Shown here: piece after piece, positions 1-11,590 of the stretch
Layout of the letters: each line of letters starts with the position of its first letter
Position numbering within the stretch: the first letter of the stretch is position 1
Assembly: GCF_001194135.2 (NCBI RefSeq)
Contig: NC_068985.1
Location: 92,118,107 to 92,170,622 of the forward strand
Direction of reading: 5' to 3'
Length of the DNA stretch: 52,516 bases
Source: Octopus bimaculoides
Lineage: Eukaryota
Made by a program: the position numbers and the translations under genes
Notes under the pieces: model-generated
Seen by the model: the letters and a program-made list of their open reading frames with translations, nothing else
What the model was told of the DNA's origin: nothing
The model's database searches: none

Positions 1-83
<83 letters not shown>

Positions 84-200
84 TTATATAATTTTGTGTA
101 TACGAGTTTACGTGTGTATGTCTCTGCATATATGTATATATAAGTCTGTATAGGTATAACTGCGTGTATGTATATGTATACGTGTATATATAAGTATGTG
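1..200. repeat. (TA)n/(TG)n compound microsatellite
   Basis: Direct dinucleotide repeats grading into TA/TG-rich low-complexity sequence. Confidence 0.9.
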
Positions 201-216
201 TATTTGCATACATAAC

Positions 217-504
217 TGGCACTCCGTCGCTTACGACGACGAGGGCTCCAGTTGATCCGATCAAAGGAACAGCCTACTCGTGAAATAAACGTGCAAGTGG
301 CTGAGTACTCCACAGACACGCCTACCCTTAACGTAGTTCTCAAGGAGGTTCAGTGTGACACAGAATACAACTCATTTTGCCAACTGCGTGAACTGGAGAA
401 ACGCCAAATAAAGTGTTTTGCTCAAAGACGCAACACCCAGACGTAAATCGAGCTCGCGACCTTATGGTCGAGAGCCGAACACCCAAACCACTAAGCCAGG
501 CGCC
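217..504 (-). mobile_element. tRNA-derived SINE with a family-A 3' tail but a different head/central domain
   Basis: The reverse complement begins GGCGCCTGGCTTAGTGG (A-box-like), followed by GTGTTGCGTCTTTGAGCAAAACACTTT. Positions 217-372 align to the tail of the family-A copies at 2815-3197 and 42701-43085 (ACTACGTTAAGGG...CTCAGCCACTTGCACGT...GTCGTCGTAA.CGACGGAGTGCCA). Confidence 0.8.
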
Positions 505-1529
505 TTTACATACATACATACATACATATATATATACATACATACATACATATGCACACGTTTGTGTATATACATCCTCTTTACTCTTATGTAATGTACA
601 CTGTCCTGTACCCTTTGAAGACCTTATCCTCATATCTGCCTCCCTTCCTTCAAAGCTGGAACTACTGACTTCTCTCGTTGTTACCTTGTATTTTCTTTGT
701 TACTTCAACAATGGAACTGCTAACGGATATATTTTACCAAGGATATCATTAATGTTCTTTGAGCATGGAACTACCAGCCACAATTATCTTTTTACTATGG
801 ACACTCATCAGTTTTTCAATGAACTGGGAACTACTGACATCCTTGATTAAGGATATTTTTTAGTTATTTCTCTGTTTCCGATGACAAATGCTTAGTTTAC
901 GTGCTTTGGCATAAATACAACAGCTGCAAGAGACTCTGTCTCTTTAGTATAACTGCTCTGCCCTATGTTTAAAGTATAAATTAAATGTTCACATTGCTTT
1001 GTTTAATTATTCCGTACTTCCAATATATATTTTCCCACTATACGATGCACGACTTTTAGCCATCTTTAATAAGCAGCCTCAAAACTAACTTTTTTTTTCA
1101 GTTGCAGTTCACAATCCGGTGTTTTAGTGATAAAAGAAATCCAGCACTTATCGTATATGCCTAATACGTTACGCCATTAGACGAAAATCCTTTATGTGTG
1201 CGTGTGTGTGTGTGTGAGTCTATACTCATACAAATGTACATATACACTACACACACATATATATATATGTGCTGGTGCACGTGTGCGTGTGTGTGTGTAT
1301 GTATTCATAATTTATTAGCAAACTTTCAGGATTAAACTTTGATATATAAATCTAAAAATCGAAGATTTACGTAACTTTCTGTTCATATAACAAAAACTTT
1401 TTTTCCTTACAAATATTTAACAAGGAGCTCAAGGAAATAGAAAGTACAGAAACCTCTGAATGACAATATACGTAGAAGGAGATTAAGCAGAAGGTTACGC
1501 GGAAAATATCAAACAAATAAATTGTCCCT

Positions 1530-2250
1530 ACAGATATGGCAGCTGGTTGTGCAAACTTGATAGATGTTGTCCAAATACAGGCAGTATTCTAATACAGAAG
1601 GCAAAATGGAGAAGTAATAAGAGACAGCATTGGTGATATAGCTACAAAGAGCTGGTGATTTTGAGCCTCTTTGTGATCAATACCTTAAAAGGCTTCTTAT
1701 ATAGAAAGGAAAATAATTTTTCGAGACTGTAATCCAAAGTTTAAAAAATCAATGCTTTATAATTCTAGTTTCAACAAAAACAGATCAATTATAATTTTCT
1801 GAACAGCACAGCTTGTCCCAAAGTGGTTATATATATGTAGGGATTAGAGGAAACAATATAGATATTGTGATAATGTCAGCATATTTCAGTGAGTTTAGTA
1901 CGTATATTGTCTAATATTCATCCATCACGAATCTGGGACTGAAAATCGTATAATTTTTCTCTGGATATTGTCGTTTAAAATTATCAAATCACAATACTAT
2001 TTATCGAACGAGCCTTTACAAATCAATAAGATGAAGGGAAGGTATGTAGTTATCAAAACAGCACGAGGCAATAAGTCTCTTCAATGACATATTAATCCCT
2101 TCTGATCAGAAATCAATATTCTAGACTCAATGAATATAAAAGTAAGTACTGATGCATCCTATACCACTGGGTACTGGAAGGGACAGTTTGTAGTTGAAAT
2201 TTGATGTCATTAAATGAACAGAATATAATCTCCGCTTTGATATGATAAAG
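1530..2250 (+). pseudogene. Highly decayed LINE (probably RTE) AP-endonuclease fragment
   Basis: Hand translation across stops and frameshifts gives LIDVVQIQ, IVIMSAYF and a MHP..GYW-like segment, in the order expected for APE motifs. Confidence 0.35.
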
Positions 2251-2419
2251 GTATATTATTATAAGTAAGATTCCCATGTGATCTGATAGTTATGCCCTAT
2301 GACTATGAGGCAACTTCGACAATTTAAAATGAAGGATATTACTTACAAGCTTAACGAAAATAAGTCAGTATCTTTAAACTTCTGATCTATGAATAAATAG
2401 GCATTGTTATATAGTACGA

Positions 2420-2600
2420 AGTATGCTTCCCAACCTCATGATTCCGGTGTTGTTTTCTTTACGTCTTTGTAACTTAGAGGTTCTGCAAAAGAGACCGAGA
2501 GAATAAGTACCAGGCTTAAAAAGAAAATGCTGGAGTCGATGCGTTCGACTGAAAATTCTTCAAAGTGATGTCTCAGCATGGCCGCAGTCTAATGACCGAT
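2420..2600 (+). mobile_element. SINE family B, internally deleted and decayed
   Basis: CTTCCCAACC head remnant joined to the TAACTTAG.GGTTC.GCAAAAGAGACCGA..GAATAAGTAC...CAGCATGGCCGCAGTC tail seen in 30711-31083. Confidence 0.7.
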
Positions 2601-2814
2601 ACTTCGAGACAAACAAAATGAATGGCTAAAAGGCCATGCAACCAATGCATAAAAGAGATCAAAAATGTGTGGAAATAAAATGGAACCTTTAAACTGTTTG
2701 TCATTATTTTCAATGATTCTCAAGTCTGTACGTTTTGCTGCAAAAATATACAATAACAGTAACTGTTTATAAATAAAAGGATAACAACGCTGCTTCTCAT
2801 ATAAATATGAAAAT

Positions 2815-3197
2815 GTGGAGGTACAATGGGCCAGTGGTTAGGACAGCGGACTCGTGGTCGTAGGATCGCTGTTTCGATTCCCAGACCGGGCATTGTGCGT
2901 GTTTATTGAACAAAGACACCTAAAGCTCCTCGAGGTTTCGGCAGAGGGTGGTGGCGAACCTTACTGTACTCATTCACCACAAATTTCTCTCACTCTTTCT
3001 TCCTGTTTCTGTTGTACCTGTATTCTAAAGGGGCCAGCCTTGTCACACTCTGTGTCATGCTGAATCTCCCCGAAAACTACGTTAATGGTACACGTGTCTG
3101 TGGAGTGCTCAGCCACTTGCACGTTAATTTCACGAGCAGGCTGTTCCATTGACCGGATCAACGAACTTTGGTCGTCGTAACGGACGGAGTGCCACCA
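2815..3197 (+). mobile_element. tRNA-derived SINE family A, full length
   Basis: A-box-like TGGGCCAGTGG and B-box-like GTTTCGATTCC. Co-linear with the copies at 34326, 41171 and 42701. Confidence 0.9.
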
Positions 3198-3559
3198 AAT
3201 ATGAAGATTCTAAGAGAAAGTTGTGTCTAAATGTAAAGGAATTCGATTCAGAAGAGAACAACAGCTACTAAATAATTGAGCAATTGAAATATATAACCAG
3301 GATTACTCATTAACTTAATTGATACCAGTAATTAGGATGGAAGATCAAGATCTGTAGATCACCTGACTAAATGCATTGATTTTCGTTTGATTTTCGTTTT
3401 TTTTTTGTTCTTTTATTTTCGTGTTTTTTTACTCTGAGTTCAAATACACTTGATGAAGGATTTCCCCTAATCCTTCCGGGTGTCGCTAAAATAAACAGCA
3501 GTGAAGCACTGGGGGGGTCTATTTAATTGACTGAAACATTCTCTAAAGTTTGTGGCTTT

Positions 3560-4473
3560 GTGCCAATGTTGCAAATCAATATCGATGGTAGCACAAGCAT
3601 TAATACTTAAAGGAAAATGATGAGCATCAAGTGAGGGAATAGCTGTATAAACGTAATAATGTTCAATTAATGGATGACTTAAAAGTGTGTTTGCAAAGCT
3701 TCGGGGTTAAACTAACTCAAATATTGAAAATGATTAATGTGTTTACCAATGACATGGGATGGGATTTGGAATTAAAATATAGAGAGTTTTGACAATGAAA
3801 TGTAACGGATTAGAGAAGTAATATGACAAGAAATTAATAAACCTCGCGACTTGAGATTATTATGAATGTATGCGTAGTTTAGTATTAACCAGGGTCAATA
3901 GAAATAACATGAAGGAACTGTTGATATAAGAATATCAAATGAACTAGACACAGGTTCTTCAATGTAACTTGAATAATGGAAATAGGATGCTGACCAGAAA
4001 ATTGTGGATCATATCTCTTTATGTGAGCAGATATGTTAGGAATTATAACTAGCATCATGTGTATAACAGAAAAAAAGTAAGATATTATTTTCGTATAATA
4101 TTTTTATATCACATACGGTGTCAATGAGTTAATCATAAATAGAGGAGTATATATAAATATGTATATATTTATATATATATATATATATATANNNNNNNNN
4201 NNNNNNNNNNNNNNNNNNNNNNNNNNNNNNNNNNNNNNNNNNNNNNNNNNNNNNNNNNNNNNNNNNNNNNNNNNNNNNNNNNNNNNNNNNNNNNNNNNNN
4301 NNNNNNNNNNNNNNNNNNNNNNNNNNNNNNNNNNNNNNNNNNNNNNNNNNNNNNNNNNNNNNNNNNNNNNNNNNNNNNNNNNNNNNNNNNNNNNNNNNNN
4401 NNNNNNNNNNNNNNNNNNNNNNNNNNNNNNNNNNNNNNNNNNNNNNNNNNNNNNNNNNNNNNNNNNNNNNNNN

Positions 4474-4517
<44 letters not shown>

Positions 4518-4870
4518 GCTGTAAAAGAACGGGGTGATTAGAATATAATTATAATAGATAACCTGATTTCTGAAACAGAAGTATTGAAGTATTGATATTT
4601 AATAGGAATCTGCAAATGAAAGATTTAAAGACAAGCTGGGTAGTAAGAAAGCTTTGAAGAATGGATTATTCATAAAGAATTCAATAGAAGATGGTCTGAA
4701 GAAAATGTGTAGTTAGTTTGTAAGAGAATACTTCAAAGAAAGCTACAAGAAAATCAAGCGAAACACTAATGATTGTCAAATACAGAAAAATATGTTTTGA
4801 TGAATTATATCACTTTGTACACAGATACAGAATACGTTCTTTGTATTCACAGAGGATATACTGGAAGAAG
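3560..4870 (+). pseudogene. Decayed R4/Dong-like (RLE) LINE reverse-transcriptase region, interrupted by an (AT)n gap
   Basis: AATGTTCAATTAATGGATGACTTAAAAGTG translates to NVQLMDDLKV (an MDDLK RT motif). It is followed by FTNDMGWD and NLNNGN-like segments and, after the gap, decayed downstream motifs. Many stops. Confidence 0.5.
4192..4473. other. Assembly gap within (AT)n
   Basis: Run of N flanked by AT repeats. Confidence 0.99.
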
Positions 4871-5221
4871 TCAAAATATGCCTGGTAAAGAAAATGCCAA
4901 AAAAACATAGAATAGTTCTCATTATATTTAATAAGACCACGAACATTTGTTCGGAAATAGGTAGTTATTGAATAATGCAGATTTAATTATATCTAATAAG
5001 GCCACGGAGTAATTCATGAGATGCACGCAGAAGAGCGAGAATGCGAACAATAACGTACATATTCATTCTCAATACTTTCTGGTAGATTCCAGCGTGAGCA
5101 TCTTAACTCTATTGCTTTTCGTCATCAGAGAACATTTCTTTGTAGGCACCTTGTGTTTATAGCATAAACTGTATAAAGGGAGATGTTCTCCGACGACGAA
5201 TCATTAGAAAAAGTCAGAAAA

Positions 5222-5630
5222 GCTGGCCGTGTGGGTAAGAAGTTTCCATTCAAGTCACATGGTTCCGGGTTCAATCTCACGCAGTGGGTCTTTAGGCAAG
5301 TGTTTTGTGCTTTAGCCTCCGCCTAACCAAACCCTTGTGACGGGATTTGGCACGGAATCTGAAAGAAGACCGAAGTATGTATGTGTGTGCTTTGAGTCTG
5401 TGTGTCCTACACCAATCTCTATGTGTTTGTATTTGTCCATCACCACAACTTGCCAGTTGGTGTTCGTGAGTTTACGACCCTGTGATCTAACGGTTCGGTC
5501 AAAGACATCGATATAATAGGTACCAAGTTTAACAAAAAGTTCTGGAGTCGATTCATTCGACTAAAAATTCTTCATGGCGGTGCCCCAGCATGGTCGCTGT
5601 CAAATGATTGAAACAAGTAATACAAGTAAG
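5222..5630 (+). mobile_element. SINE family B, near full length, diverged
   Basis: GTAAGAAG...CACATGGTTCCGGGTTCA head, TTAGGCAAGTGT core and GCCCCAGCATGG...AATGATTGAAACAAGTAA tail. Confidence 0.85.
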
Positions 5631-6276
5631 ACAAAATATGAGTATGTTTCAATAAGTACGATAGTCCATAGCAATAAGCAGATTTTCCAACTTTATCTTG
5701 CACCAATTGGTCGAGATGTACCGAGAGATTTGTCTCCCGGTCTATTGCTGTGAGTAGGTTTCCATAGCAACAATTGATGCAATAACAATTAATATAATCC
5801 AATAACTAATTATTTCTTTTATGATCTGAGTTAGAATGACCTCCGCTTTGGCCTCTAGCTCTGCTTCGCACAGAGCCGTTTTAATAAAGTGTATCCTCCC
5901 TGAAAATGTGCGACTTTATTCAAATGATCAACATTAATGTTAATGAACAAGAAGGGAATCGTTAAGTGCAGGAACCGTGGGGTTAGACATGGAGAAAGAA
6001 TGTAATGGAATTTTTCGAATACATAAGAATGCATTGATGCGTGGCTTAGTATTATATTTAGGAAAAGACGATTTACGTGTTATAATGCAGAGACAATTGT
6101 TCAATATACAAACTTGTTACCAATTCAAATACGCTTGAGGCAATATAGTGAAAGACTCTTGCCTAAGGTACCGTACTCTGCCAATGCACCCGAAAGCAAA
6201 CGATTTCAAAGAAATCTTCTTAAGAACATGCACAATACGAGGATATATTTACCGATATAATACAGGAGAAAAAAAA

Positions 6277-6473
6277 AGGTGAGTTGGCAGAAATGTTAGC
6301 ACATCAGGTGATAATGCTTTGTGGTATTTCGTCTGTCTTTACGTTCTGAGTTCAAATTCCACCGTTGTCGACTTTTCCTGTCATCTTTTCGGGTTCGTTA
6401 AATTAAGTACCAGTTGCGTACTGGGATCGATATAATCGACTGAGCCCCCTTTCCCTAGAGTAGAAAAAGATAT
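6277..6473 (+). mobile_element. SINE family D (tail type 1)
   Basis: TTGGCAGAAATGTTAGCAC...GTTCTGAGTTCAAATTCC...TTAAGTACCAGTTGCGTACTGGGATCGA...AGTAGAAAA. Confidence 0.85.
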
Positions 6474-6486
6474 GAAACAGAAAAAA

Positions 6487-6705
6487 AGGAGTAGGGTTTG
6501 ATAGAATCGTTAGCACGCCGGGCGAAATGCTCAGAGGGTTTTCATCTACTGCTACGTTCTGAGTTCAAATTCCGTCGAGGTCGACTTTGCTTTCATCCTT
6601 TCGGGGTAAATGAATTAAGTACCAGTGAAACACTGGGATCGATCTAATCGATTAGTCCCCTCCCCTAAACATGTTCGAGCCTTGTGCCTATAGTAGAAAG
6701 GATAT
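6487..6705 (+). mobile_element. SINE family D (tail type 1), head-to-tail with the previous copy
   Basis: GTTAGCACGCCGGGCGAAATGC...GAGTTCAAATTCCGTCGAGGTCGACTTTG...CCTTGTGCCTATAGTAGAAAG. Confidence 0.85.
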
Positions 6706-7089
6706 GCCACAAGAAAAGAACACGAAGTAAAGATGTTACTAAATACAAACTTGTTACCAATTGAAGTATTCTTGCTGCATATTCGAACCAGTAGGACGGT
6801 AATTCTCTGTATTTTAAATGGTTCTCTTGGGAGTTCAAATGTACATGAAGCGTATTTAATTGGTAACAAGTTCGTATATTGAACAATATTCTCTGCTTTA
6901 TAACACGTAAATAGTTTTTTTCCTAAATATAATACCAAGCCACACATGAATACATTCTCATGTATTCGACCTTGTACATTGTGTAAGGTATTTGTTTTTT
7001 TTTATTACTGGTGTCTATTAAATATGTTTATGTTTAGGCTATGTTGTTTTATTTGTTATATCAAACCCAATTGTTGCTGGGGCGTTGGC

Positions 7090-7600
7090 TATCTAGAATT
7101 ATCTTTATATCTCTTAAAGATCTGTGCTTCTGTAAACATCTAAGGGCTTGTTCGTGTCTTGTAATTAATGTGTGTTTTCATGTAAATATTGTTAAAGTTC
7201 CTCTAAGCATAGATCGCATCTATTTCTTCCAACCGGATAAGGCTTAGCAGTACTAAATAGTTGCCACAAGATAGAATAGCTATTGTTTTTGTCTTTAATT
7301 GACCAAATTAGTTTACTTAGGCTTGTATTATTTATTTTTTCCTATCTCTAAAGAATTTTAAAGGACTGACCCGTTTTTATTTTGTTTTGTTTTCATTTTT
7401 AAAAAGAGAGCTGGCCTCTATAGAAAAGTATTCCATTTCCTCCCAGGTAACTTTACATTTATAAACCAGTTTCCTAGTTTTATAGTTTGAGTTTAACGGG
7501 CATACTTTATCTCTAGCACAGCTGCATAGACCTGTTTGTCTATTTCTATTATTTATTGTGTTATTGACTTCATTAGAAGTCTCTCCTATTCTTTCTTCCT
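7090..7600 (-). pseudogene. Penelope-like element (Poseidon/Penelope type) GIY-YIG endonuclease C-terminal remnant
   Basis: The minus strand translates to CSCARDKVCPLNSNYKTRKLVYKCKV...NNTSLSKLIWSIKDKNNSYSILWQLFSTAKPYPVGRNRCDLCLEEL. This matches the CxC..CPL, STxLSKYIWxLKD and CxLCLxEK motifs of PLE endonucleases. It has stops and frameshifts. Confidence 0.85.
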
Positions 7601-7699
7601 CCGCGTATTTATATACGCGTCTGTGAATGTCCTTTTATCTCCGCCCAAACACCACCATTGTCAACCAGTGTTTGGTTTCTTTCTTCTTTTATATCCCCC

Positions 7700-7825
7700 T
7701 AACCAAGGGGCTCGGCAAAAGAGACGATAGAGTAAATATTATACGCTACTGATCAGTGCTGGGGTCGACTTATTCGACTAAGCCCTTCAAGTCTCCAGTG
7801 ACTGAAACAAGTAAAAGAACAAGAG
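7700..7825 (+). mobile_element. SINE family B 3' half
   Basis: CGGCAAAAGAGACGATAG...CTGGGGTCGACTTATTCGACTAA...TGACTGAAACAAGTAAAAGAA. Confidence 0.7.
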
Positions 7826-7859
7826 AACAAGGTTTGAAATAGAATAACATCGAAATTCA

Positions 7860-8740
7860 GTAGCAGCCAATAACTAAGAAAGAAGGGCAAGGTGGACGTA
7901 GACAAGAAAATTTAGCAACACTAGCTTAGAAGTGCAGAAGTAAAGACTGAAAGAGAAGGATTCTTCATTGCAACACAGCATGAAAGCCTTCTCTTCATAA
8001 ATCACTTAAGACTATGTAATGAGCCAGAAGAGACTGACATCGGAATACATGGGGATGGAGTAGAAACAATTAATCACATTGTCTCTGAATGCCATGACAC
8101 TAATCTGTAGACGTGACACAGTTGGGAGTTTGATACACTGTTAGTTAAATGACAGTATTGGGAAATGCCAACAGAATATGATTTATTATAAACAAAAAAT
8201 AAAATATCTCAAAGTATGATTAAATATCACTCCGATCATGCTTTGGTGGCAAAGTTTTACTATGTAATATGCCAATAAACAGGAAAGAAGATCATGGCTA
8301 CTCGCCCAGATATTGTGATCGAGGACTACCAGGAGAGAAAGTGCTTCCTAATTAATGCACCTACCTCAACAAAGAATAGTGTATCTTTCAAACAAAGATA
8401 TTTTCCCAATATAGAGTAGTGGAAATAGACATAAACAGAATGTGAGGATGGAAATAGATGCAATTCCACAAAACAATAAAGCGCTTTGTGAAAGTTGAAG
8501 AAGGATACTCATAAATAAATAAACCAAAATCTCGTGACTTACAAATATACACAAAACACAGAAAGTACAGCTACTAGGAGCTGCTGATATATTACGGAGA
8601 ACTCTTTCAATATAACTGGATAAAAGCATTGAATATACAAAAGGCACTTAAAGCTGCGAACAATAATGAAGTAGCAACACGAAGTGACAAGAGAAGCATG
8701 ATCAATAGTAATGACGATAACAACAACACAAACATTAATC
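7860..8740 (+). pseudogene. R4/Dong-like LINE 3' region (CCHC finger + restriction-like endonuclease)
   Basis: Hand translation gives EGFFIATQ, ETINHIVSECH, RPDIVIED..ERKCFLIN (PD-(D/E)xK) and terminal QKVQLLGAADILRRTLSI* (stop ends at 8615), followed by a 3' UTR running into an AAT/AAC-rich tract. Confidence 0.8.
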
Positions 8741-8756
8741 AAAATAATTGTTTCTG

Positions 8757-8990
8757 TTGTAGGCACAAGACCTGAAACATATGTTTACCTCCAGCGCAAA
8801 GGCCTGAAATTTGGGGCGGGGGCGATAGTCGATTAGTTCGACCCCAGTATGCAACTGGTACTTAATTTATCGACCCGGAAAGGATGGAAGGCAAAGTCGA
8901 CCACGGGAGAATTTGAACACAGAACGTACCGACAGACGAAACACTGCTAGGCATTTCACCCGTCGTCCTAACGAGTCTGCCAGCTCGACC
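8757..8990 (-). mobile_element. SINE family D
   Basis: GACCCCAGTATGCAACTGGTACTTAATTTATCGACC...GGCAAAGTCGACC...CTGCCAGCTCG is the reverse complement of family D. Confidence 0.85.
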
Positions 8991-9023
8991 ATTTAATAAT
9001 AATAATGATGATGATAATGATGA

Positions 9024-9341
9024 GTCCTGGCTTACTATCCATGCAGGAAGTGCAAAGGAAGTGCAAAGGATCGATTTAATGAGAAGAGCTTTGTCACGGT
9101 GAATTTTCTTTCCTTTTTCCCCCTTTATTATTTTTTTTAACTTTTTTCATTTTTGTCTTTTTTACCTTCTTTCTTTTCTCATTCTGTTTCTCTTCCCTTT
9201 CTTGTCCTATCAAATGACCTTGTAAATGAGCAGATCTGATGTGTTCATTTTTGAATGCCTACTAATGTATACAGTGAGTTTCTGTGCCCTAGGCGTTGGG
9301 AAGACACTCGGCAAGAAATGGAAACAAAATTGAAAGAAGAC
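9024..9341 (+). mobile_element. 5'-truncated R4/Dong-like LINE 3' end inserted in (AAT)n
   Basis: After removing an 11-bp duplication (GGAAGTGCAAA x2) it reads GLLSMQEVQRIDLMRRALSR*. The 3' UTR ends GAAGAC|AATAAT, and AAT/GAT repeats lie on both sides. Confidence 0.6.

Positions 9342-9400
<59 letters not shown>
9342..9400. repeat. (AAT)n microsatellite
   Basis: About 19 perfect AAT units. Confidence 0.97.
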
Positions 9401-9402
<2 letters not shown>

Positions 9403-9905
9403 GATTTGATGCAGTACTAGACAATGACTCTAATGGCTTCTGATCTTAACTAATTGGAAGTGTTGTTATGTACTTGTTTTGTGTTAGTATAAAAGATGGG
9501 CTACAGCAAATACTCTGCTGAATACCACAGATTTGCTTGTCGCTTTCTTGTCCTTAACCAGTTGAGTCTGCCCCTTAATGGCTGATGATATGCGCATCAT
9601 GACCATGTGCTGAGAGGAATTCTTTGGGGTTTGAATAATTCACTTCTGGAAGCATGGTTGTTTTCATACTTAAACAACCCTTATTCAGGGACCTTTCGAG
9701 TGGGATGAGCTAATCGAGCTGAAGAAAATTCTAACTGGGCGCCACCTGCAAGGTAATGTGCGACTTAGCTTGATACAAGGTCACCACATTGCGCATATAT
9801 GGCTGTGATGCATGAGCCTGGTGTGCCCTTATCATGTTGGGTATGCCAGGCTTCGTATATTTGTACCCCAGTGACACTTTCATAGCATGCACCCTCTCTT
9901 ATCAA
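9401..9905 (+). mobile_element. Unclassified interspersed repeat bounded by AAT tracts
   Basis: A GC-richer block that starts right after (AAT)n and ends GCATGCACCCTCTCTTATC|AATAAT. I recognise it as an abundant Octopus repeat, but only one copy is in the window. Confidence 0.45.
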
Positions 9906-9939
9906 TAATATATGTATTTTTATTTTTATTGTTAACTCT

Positions 9940-9963
9940 CATCTCTCTCTCTCTTTCTGTATT

Positions 9964-10042
<79 letters not shown>
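9940..10042. repeat. (CT)n microsatellite
   Basis: Direct CT repeats. Confidence 0.95.
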
Positions 10043-10046
<4 letters not shown>

Positions 10047-10089
10047 AATTCACTTCCATTGATCTATCCAATATGGATCTTTATCTTTC

Positions 10090-10650
10090 CTACTTTCGGC
10101 TCCATCATTTCTCGGTGTCGTCTTTCAATCAATGTTTCACATTAATTCTCTGATTTACTTCTCCTGAACAGTTTGTCTCACAGAATATATTATTTCGTCC
10201 ATCTAATTTTTCTCGGGTTTTCTAAATCTTTTCGGCTTTTGTCTGAAATCGTTCAATTATCATTTCTTTTTCCTTCCGCTAATTTCATGCCTTTCTTTAA
10301 ATTATATGTTTGCTACTTTCTCTTTCTTTTTCATAGAATTGTACGAATTGTTAGTTTGTATTTCAATTATTTTACACATATATTTTATTGTTTCTTCGTA
10401 TCTTCTTTGTATATTTTACAGGGTTGTTTTTGATGGGTGATTTTTTATCTATTTCTTTCCAATTAGGTTGCTTCCTTTTTCAATGTTTATTTCTGTCTTC
10501 TTGTACATCTGATGCAGCCGTTATCGACTTTGGTTTTACATAAATTAGGCGCGTTTCTGCTACCTAATTTATTTTTCTACAGTTATATTAAAATAATGCT
10601 TTTCAATGCACCGTTTCTTTGAGACACCGATATTTTTACAATGTTTAAAT
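10090..10650 (-). pseudogene. Possible decayed Penelope-like (Neptune-type) GIY-YIG fragment
   Basis: The minus strand gives PNLCKTKVDNGCIRCTRR and later YSVRQT-like segments. Very degenerate. Confidence 0.35.
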
Positions 10651-11109
10651 GAGATTTTGCTATAAAACTCGTTCGTGTCGCATATATTTATGTCTGTTTA
10701 ACGTCTAATTTCATTTTGATGTTTTGTTTGTATCATACACTCAAAAATATACATAAATACCCTCATATACACATAAATATATACATATATACGTGTATAT
10801 GCGTGTATACGATGGATGTATACTATACATAAATATATACTACATTGTATACATATATATCTATGAATATTTATTCAGACATACTATATTATGTATGTGT
10901 GAATAGACATAAATCGATGGCTGCCTTCATATACAATACCGTTTATGACTATTTCATCATCAACATCATCATCATCATTACCATCGTGACATTCAGGTGT
11001 CATTAAGTATTTCATTCTATACCTCTGATTGATTCGTTGTTAAATGGTTCAATATAATCCCATGCTTGTTTGATTCTCTTTCTTTTGTGTTATTGTAAGA
11101 GAGTTTATA

Positions 11110-11400
11110 AACACACACACACACACATACACACATAGACACTCATTCACACCACACACAAATAAATACATATATATGTGTGAATGTGTGTACATATACA
11201 TATGTGTGTACTTGTGTCTGTGTGCGCGTGTGCATATACATATATACAAATATATTCAAACATATCTACATACACGTATATAGCACATATAATACATACC
11301 CCCCACACACATATATATGTTTGTATATCTTGTATATCTGCATGTATCTATATGTATATACATATGTATGTATGTATATACATATATACGTATATGTATG

Positions 11401-11469
<69 letters not shown>

Positions 11470-11590
11470 ATACATATATGTGTATATATGCATGTATGTA
11501 TGTATGTATGTATGTATGTATGTATACACATACATATATATAGTTGTATATATGTATACAGACACTCACATATACATAAATATACATAAT
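11110..11590. repeat. Compound (CA)n/(TA)n/(TATG)n low-complexity region
   Basis: Direct microsatellites; source of several spurious ORFs. Confidence 0.9.

Larger units (their letters stand above)
6015..6974. mobile_element. MITE-like non-autonomous DNA transposon with ~122-bp terminal inverted repeats, carrying two nested SINEs
   Basis: 6015-6136 (TCGAATACATAAGAATG...TACAAACTTGTTACCAATTCAAATACGCTT) is the reverse complement of 6848-6969, with scattered mismatches. The right end runs ...CGACCTTG|TA, compatible with a Tc1/mariner TA target. The left terminus is decayed. Confidence 0.8.
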
